A stretch of DNA of 54,612 nucleotides, counting the filler, from Sphacelaria rigidula (taxonomy: Eukaryota): NCBI GenBank assembly GCA_964200075.2. It is 5 parts of 5 records of this genome, joined end to end, with 100 filler letters (N's around TTAATTAATTAA, not from the genome) between each part and the next. Parts side by side here need not be neighbours in the genome. Positions count along the whole stretch, not along the records: positions 43,772 to 54,612 come from CAXNAA020005819.1; 4 more parts are not named here. One strand, written 5' to 3'. Shown in pieces: positions 47,801 to 54,612 of this stretch; position 1 is the stretch's first letter; each line of letters begins with the position of its first letter. Made by a program: the position numbers and the translations under genes. The notes below the pieces were generated by a model. The model worked only from the letters and a program-made list of their open reading frames with translations, did not search any database and was not told the origin of the DNA.

Positions 47801-50800
47801 CAGTCATAGGATGTCGTTGGCAGTCGCATGTGGCTAATGCTCTTCTCGTGGGAAGAACGAATGATGTTATCGAGCGGTCACGCTGTCGTTTGGAGTCAGA
47901 GAGCGCTGAGACTTCCAGCAGGCATAACTGTGGTTAAGCTGCAATGACTGCACCGCACGAGAGTAGTGGTCCTCTCTTGTCAGTACTGCGTTGCGGGCGA
48001 TCGTGGTTAGGCCACAATGGGTTGGCGTTTCTTCAACGATGATCCATGACCAACTTAGGTTTGGGACCTGCTCGAGTACTAAATGTACGAGTACAACTTC
48101 CGAGGATCGATGTCCGATCAATGGCACACTCAAGATTGCCACCCTCTTGTCTCTTAATTATCCGGTGAGTTCGGCAAGAGCAGATGGCAGGCATCCCTGA
48201 TGGCCAGAAGATCCGCTAGAAGGGCGTCGCTGACGCACCCCGTGACCCCTCCGATGGAGTCAAGAAGGTTAGCACAAGCAGCCAAGCGAAAACTTCAGGC
48301 TGAAGCACGAATGGTGAGCAAAGCTGTGGGCTCTTTAACTTGAGATGATCGTATTTCAGTCAAGATACCGCAAGCAATTGTCGAGGGCTGTAGTATCAAT
48401 GTCTGGCGTTTAGCAGACCGGGAACTGCAAGTTTGGCCTGCACGTATGTCGCGTACCCATGTCTTCAATGATTCCTCATGCTGCTCAAGTACTGGTCAAG
48501 TTGAGTCCTGACGTGTTCGGGCTTTTACGGATTTGACTTTGCTATTTTTTCGCTAGCAGACCGACGGAATTGCTGGTCAGGAGGACCTGAACACTGATCA
48601 GAGGTTCAAAAACCCCGCTTTGATATGAATGTAGAATATCCGTGTGTACCGCGCATGACAAAATCCGTGAAACGGGACGTAGGTGGGTGCGTGCGGGCTC
48701 ACGGGCAACGTGGTAAACGCCATTTTTGAGGACTTGATCGGACCCATTGCCGTGTTATAGGAGGTGAAACTTGCAATGGAGACGAGGAGAAAAGAGGATG
48801 GCAATCGACGGTTGGTGCGATTTATCGCCAAGCAGGAGGGCGACCGGCGAAGGGTCGCGGAAACAAGTGCAAGCAGGAGAAAAGCAGAGGAGACAAGAAG
48901 AAAATTCGAACAAGACTTCAGGGTATAGCCGACCTGAGGGCATTAATGTGCATGTACAGCCTTTGTTACGTAGGTACATTGACCACTTCATACAATAGAA
49001 GGAGAACGACTGTGAGTCATTGTCGAGTTGACGTTTTCAAACCGATTCCGCTTATTGGTTGAAGGGCGCGTCCCAGAGAAATCCTTTACCGTATTTTTCT
49101 ATGGAATCTGGCGCGCAACGGTTAGCCTCTTCAATCAACGTGGGATATGTATAATGAGTGAGAGGACCGCGTGCTTAGAGGACCGCGTCGGAAGTTGAAC
49201 ATCCCTGTGGTTGGGGGTACGGTCAGGGTTAGTGTTGGGGTTGGGGTCAGGGGCGTGGTTCCAACAGGGACTGGCCCGATTGGTTTTGACAAATGTCGAT
49301 CCTGAGGTGTTTGAAGCTACGGTGCGGTCCTCTAAGCACGCGGTCCTCTCACGCATTACAATATGAGTGCGCCTGGGTGCTCCCCAAGCGCACATACTCC
49401 AATTACAACGGCATACCTGAGGCACCAATTGTGAGAGGCCCGCTGGTACTGATTGTTGTATATATCGTCAAAGCCGCACAATATTACTTCGTTCTTCAAA
49501 CTTCAGGCGGAACAGGATCTACAGTCGGCGAATAAAGCCAGGGAGGCACGTCAAAGAGAGATCGACCGAACTGTAAAAGCGTACGTCGAGGAGTCTGAAG
49601 CGAGGAGGCGCAAGGAACATGGTGCAGTCTTATCACTCGACGAATTGATCCGGCGCAAGCAGGTTAGTCCTACAAGGTAGGCAGTATTGCTGAAGTGAAC
49701 ATCATAAAAATACTAAAGTGCTACTGAATGACAGTATAGAGCTTATGCGATTTCGAAAACTATCGAAATCATACCATATTGCCAATGTAGTTTGGCGTGT
49801 GGTATCATGTGAAGTCTGAAGCGTGAGTCTTGAAGATCACCTACCGCTCGTGGTTACCAAGTTCAGAACCCCCCCTCAGCTCGCTGATACACTTGTCACC
49901 CCGAACATGTTTTTGAAACGGGCTATCTCAGGAAGAAAAGCGAACCGAATTTAGGAGTAGGTGGCAAGCCAATAAGGACCGATTGGAGGAAACCCTGCGT
50001 AAACGTCCCAATTTGATGGAACGGCAGGAAAAGCTGGCCCAACTGCACGCCAAACGGGCAACGGCGGATGCTACGGTGCGCCCCACCTCCGTCTTTCGCG
50101 GCATGCTCAACCGATCCTTTAGCAGTATGTGCAGTTCTTACTCAAACGCTTTTGATCAAGAGTTTCAAATCGTCGTATGCAAGGCGCATTCATGGGGAAA
50201 CGCCTTGGTCAGAGACAACGTCTGGCCTGTCTCACAGAGATTGAACGGAACTGTTGAATATCGCTCCTATCCCGACACCGATTGTTCCTATCCTGACGTG
50301 ATCTATCTCCCCCGCCGCTGCGGACCTGTTGGCAGTCGGCCAGGGAGTTCTTAGAAGGCAGGAGAGGTTTCGCGGCTGCAGGACGACGTGCAGCCGGAGG
50401 AGTGGGAAATACAGAGTGGGTGGCTCGTGCGTGGAAAGACGAATCATTCGGTTTCGATGAAAAAACAAAACTGGGGTTTGATGACGACGCTTCCGAGAAA
50501 CCCAGCTGTTCAAGCGACGGAACGTCCGGCACATCGAGGATTAATACTCAGAGCATCGATTTCGCACAGCCTGCAACGAGAAATCAAAGCACTGGTGCTA
50601 TCGACTGTGGGATCGATAGGCGCATAATCGTGGAAGAAGAAAGCTTCCCCGATGAACATAAAAAGGATGGGGACGGAACTTCCTCACAACATTCACAGGA
50701 TAGTTGCGGTGGTGTCTCAGATTTCCATGTTGATGGCACTGGCGTCGATACTAAACCCGATATCACGAAACTTCAATCGGAAGCTGTGTCTGCCACCGAA

Positions 50801-50824
50801 AATCAAGAAGTGCGGGAGGATTGA
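44899..50824 (+). CDS. FAM161: FAM161-like (UPF0564) coiled-coil protein, probably centriolar/ciliary, 8 exons, about 732 aa
   Basis: Phase-consistent exons 44899-45291, 46006-46452, 46871-47148, 48184-48313, 48761-48922, 49507-49662, 49932-50075, 50336-50824 (2199 nt including TGA). Spliced motifs AFRASKLP, TSSLPARM, LEKRHKRWQASL..SLTHPVTP, ETSASRRKAEETRRKFE and LEETLRKRPNLMERQ follow the order of FAM161A/B motifs as I recall them (FRAxPVP, SxLP, TxxxPF, RPLLFER). The start codon and first donor (GC) are uncertain. Confidence 0.6.
49152..49358. mobile_element. Intronic MITE with 35-bp TIRs (1 mismatch) and internal telomere-like G-rich hexamers
   Basis: TAATGAGTGAGAGGACCGCGTGCTTAGAGGACCGC versus GCGGTCCTCTAAGCACGCGGTCCTCTCACGCATTA. 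Interior GGTCAGGGTTAGTGTTGGGGTTGGGGTCAGGGG. Confidence 0.75.
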
Positions 50825-51231
50825 AACACGCAAGCACCGGAAATACAGAGGAGCGTAAACGCCAGTGTCATGGGCAGACTGATGTCACAATCCGCAAATG
50901 CAAGGGCGACGGACAGGCCATGTTTTTGGTCTGCCGAGTATTATCACGGCGGAAATGAGATCGATATGGTCGGTGCGAGTATGAGCAGAGACGGGGTGAA
51001 TTCGAGCGTCCGGGGCACCCAAAGGGCAGGGCAAACCGATTAGCGGAAGTGCACCACATATTTGTTTCAATTCCGTCGACTGGGAGAGCCAAACTCTGCG
51101 GTAAGTGCAGCGTAATTGTGTAGCCATTACACAAATACCTCCTCTGTCCCATACGTCTGGGAACATATGGGAGTTTCATCGTTTGGGTATTCAGACGTTG
51201 ACGAGCATCCTACTGTTGGTTTCGTAAGATA

Positions 51232-51490
51232 CGAGGGTAGGACGAATTAATGATTCGTCTGGAAATTGCTGAATTTTAGTGCGATTGATTTGTACCGTAC
51301 GAATCAATCCTTAGGCTTTGTTTTCAGTGTTGAAACCCAGGTACGCGCAGCCCACGCACGTGGAGTGGCGCAAAAATTGCGTGGAGACCTTTCTGACCAG
51401 CTGTCAACGTTTTTCTCTCTTTCGAGCAACCAGGCCTAAAATATCGTGTATTTGGTGATTCGAACCGGCGATGATTCGTCCGACCCGTGG
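51232..51490. mobile_element. MITE flanked by TA (Tc1/mariner-like), copy 1
   Basis: TA|CGAGGGTAGGACGAAT...ATTCGTCCGACCCGTGG|TA. A second diverged copy lies at 54267-54519. Confidence 0.65.
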
Positions 51491-53230
51491 TAAAAAAGAT
51501 AAAGCGCAAACAAAGTTGATGAAAAAATAAATCAAATAGTCAGTGGGGAAGACGAAAATGATGTCGAAATATACCCATTTTGGCAACTTTTAAGAGTTAT
51601 GATGACCATTTTTATGAGAGTTCGTTTGAAACATTTCAGGAGAATTCGTGTTTACCGCCCCAAACTTAGCCCACAAACAACACAAACGATGGACGTGCCC
51701 CCGAGTACCACTCCACCCCGCCGTGAGAGCGGCGAGCTATCATTGGGTCGCTGCATTGCAATTGTGGTGGAGGTTGCGCTGGCTATTTCGCTGGGCAAGT
51801 TGAGGGTACGCAATGGCTCGATGAGTCAAAGGGGCGAAATACGGTCATTCTTGGGCCGACTGTTTAGCTTCCGGCCGTTCGACTGCATGATTCATGCACC
51901 AGCTGGAACAAAAACAAACATGCTTTCACTAAAAAACAGCGAAGAATCAAAGAAAAAACGACAATCAAAATCGGATGCGGTGAAGGGGTCGCACGAACAT
52001 GAGTTCTCAGACTTATGGGACAGAGGAAGTATGCTGTTAAGGTATGACTTTACAAATGGATCGCACAGGAACTGGACTTCATCGTCCATTAGTGAAGTAC
52101 TCATGGTGACTAGGAATGAACGTATATGTTCGCGGTCGTTTCGTGCCTACCCACTAACCAAGCGGAGCTGATCCTGGCGTGTGATCCCCTCGTTTAAGTT
52201 AGGGAAGAGATAGTTGCACCATGTCATCATGATATATGCCCACTTGTGTCCTGCTGATGGCCAACCATTCACGCGTGAAGGTGGCGAGAGATCTAACCGG
52301 GCAGCCGGCCAAAGTACAGCGTCTTTTGGGCACGTTTTGCTTCGAAACGTGCTCAGTGCTTGATGTCACTGCTCTCAATACAAGGTGTTTGGGGAACCCA
52401 GTGCCTGATGTAACTGTGGGGGTGTTTGGGGAGCATCGCTCGGAATGAAACATTCCAGCTACACAAAGTGAAGTTGGTTTCTGCTGCGGGTAAAAATTCG
52501 ACCAAAGTTTTTTTGCGACTCCGTTTTTGCGTCGGGATTCTTGCGTCCTGATTCTTGCGATATTTGTTCTGCGTCAGGGTTCTTGCGATCGGATCCTTGC
52601 GATAGTTGGTTTGCTATTTTTTTCCAGTTTAAAACCCTTATCGATTTCGGTTTTTTGGGGATAACTTCGTCAGACGGACACCAAACGCATCCTGCTCCAA
52701 GGCGAACCTGGACACACCGCAATTGCCGCTGCCCACGTAGTATCATCCTCCAAATCGAAGTCTTGAGTGAGAAGCCCAGTGTTTCGTGCCCATGTACAAG
52801 GAAGGGTGACCTTCATCTAGTATCATGCTCCAAAACGAACCTGACAAGGGGGCAACACCCCCGTACAGACAGTAGCAGTGCTAGCGGATCCCACGTCCTG
52901 AGAGTCCGTGACATTCTGGGAGCCGGCAAGGTGGCTCTGGTAGTGTCCTACTAGCGATGTCAACTTACAGTGCACTGGAGCAGAGTTTGCAGGTGAATAT
53001 TCGGGCAATTGCGCCTCACCTACAGTTCGCCCAGATGCTTTGAATATTTTCTCGATATCACCGAGTAACATCATAACATACATGTACAGGTGGAAACATA
53101 CCAGACCCTCCGTCACATTATAAGTCGAGATGTGCCAGACCGTAAATGATATATGGAAATGTACCCAACCGTGGACAAAAGATTTCTTCAGTCAGTACAA
53201 ACACGATGTTGGAAGTGTAGTGCACACAGA

Positions 53231-53305
53231 GTGTTGAGTGTGTTGTCGTCCCATCTATTCTGGACGCCCGTCCTCACCTTTCGGTGTATGTGGGCGCACC
53301 AGCCG
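53231..53305 (-). mobile_element. SINE 3' fragment
   Basis: GTGTGTTGTCGTCCCATCTATTCTGGACGCC...ATGTGGGCGCACCAGCCG. Confidence 0.7.
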
Positions 53306-54266
53306 CGGCTGTGTTACCATTCATCTTCGCCCAAGATACAGGCAGCCATTACAGCGGCGGAGGCGGCCTTTCACTCCTGCGTGCGCCACCTGGGGCAAAC
53401 GCACGCTGTAGCTACACCACGGACAGCTTCACGAAATGTGACGTAGCGATATACTGTAACGCGTGGCGTGATATCCCGCCTACACGTCTGCCGTAGATAC
53501 AAGCGGATGCGTTCATGCTGTGGCGAACTGCATAGGACAACACGAAATCAATGCAGGACAGGAATAGGCTAAGGATGTCACGTTCTGCGGTGTGCTTTGT
53601 CACCCTGCACCCTACCCCTGTGCATTGAGCAGGTAGTACCGCCGAATACCTCACGATGCGGTTAGTACACAGTAGTATCGGCTCCACACCCGTAGGGTAA
53701 CTTCTGCATTGCATTAAATAAAACGCATTGAATTAAACTACACGCGCGGCGAGCGTTATTTTCGAGCAGCACGCGCGCTAGCGTTTTCCGTGTTGTCGAC
53801 ATCGTGCCAGCGCGCTTGTGCGTAAAGCGCGGTACTCCCCTGTGGCAGCCCGTCACGGTAGTGCTCCTCATGATTCATCACGCTTTATTCGAAAACACGC
53901 AGAAGATATGCCAGCGAGTCCGTCGTTGTTACACTTGTATTGTGGTGAACCAGTCGTTTTTCGATAAAACCCCCGCATGCTGCGTGTTGTACCAAATAGT
54001 ATATACCGCACCAGTTCAAAAACGCATATACATTATATGTACGCCACCGACATGCTCTGGTTATCATGAACTGTGTACGAGGCGTGGGAAGCGTAGTTTC
54101 TGTCAAGGAGTGCAAGGACGCAACCATACTGCAGTACAGACAGTATGAAACACGTGATTCGCACGAGACACAAGACGAATCATTCTCATTATGATAAATA
54201 CCTGGGCGTTTTGATACTGAAACAAGTCAACCAGTCCCTCCACTGCCTACCGTACGAAGATAGCAA

Positions 54267-54519
54267 GGGACGAATCAAGGATTCGTCCGGACGTTAGTCG
54301 ATTTTCAGTGTCGTTGATTCGTACCGTATGAATCAATCCTTAGGCTTTGTTTTCAGCGTTGCAACCCAGGTACGCGTAGCCCAGGCACGTGAAATGGCGC
54401 AAGAGTTGCGTGGGGACCTGTTTGACCAGCGGTTGAATTTTTCCCCTCTTTCGAGCAATCAGGCGTACAAAATCGTGGATTTGGTGATTCAAATCGGCGA
54501 TTATTCGTCCGATCCGTGA
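54267..54519. mobile_element. MITE, copy 2 of the 51232 family
   Basis: Shares GAATCAATCCTTAGGCTTTGTTTTCAG and ACCCAGGTACGCG, and is collinear with copy 1. Confidence 0.65.
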
Positions 54520-54612
54520 AAAATAGATACCACGTGTACATTACAAAAAACAACAAATTGTGCGAATTGAGGTTTAACTTCGAGATGAGATTCAAGCCTA
54601 AAACAATGCTTT

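Noticed and set aside
47443-47937. Alternative exon-4 candidates for the FAM161-like gene
   Set aside because: They lack convincing donors. 48184-48313 fits the phase, has a GTGAGC donor and restores the family motif.
33151-50824. Functional linkage of the Tudor-array gene with the FAM161-like gene or the Gypsy element
   Set aside because: They are separated by artificial spacers between unlinked contigs.
51599-52171. 190-aa ORF as the N-terminus of a mariner-like transposase
   Set aside because: Only a faint resemblance (ELSLGRCIAIVVEVAL..GKLRVRNG), with no DDD/E core visible. It needs a profile search.

Overview
Eukaryotic DNA of roughly 50% GC with GT-AG introns and many repeats. A brown alga or other stramenopile is my inference, not a database result. 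The window is not one locus. Four identical 100-nt spacers (N44-TTAATTAATTAA-N44) join five pieces of 10843, 10843, 10843, 10842 and 10841 bp, so these are size-sorted, probably unlinked contigs. Contig 1 (1-10843) holds transposon-like foldbacks, two tandem arrays (about 172 bp x3 and 121-123 bp x5) next to a decayed coding-like tract, the first exon of an SV2/SVOP-like MFS transporter, and a tRNA-derived SINE. Contig 2 (10944-21786) holds SINE copies, a weak minus-strand exon chain, and the 3' half of a dead Ty3/Gypsy element (RT end, RNase H, integrase, chromodomain, an extra PWWP/Tudor-like domain, PPT and candidate 1.56-kb LTR). Contig 3 (21887-32729) is almost all SINEs, MITEs and simple repeats. 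Contig 4 (32830-43671) carries part of a gene whose single 5.9-kb exon encodes 22 Tudor/Agenet-like domains, mostly alternating between two subtypes with subtype-specific linkers, followed by degenerate EF-hand-like pairs; this is the most striking item. Contig 5 (43772-54612) carries an 8-exon FAM161-like coiled-coil gene and more MITEs. I found no rRNA, intact tRNA or CRISPR array.
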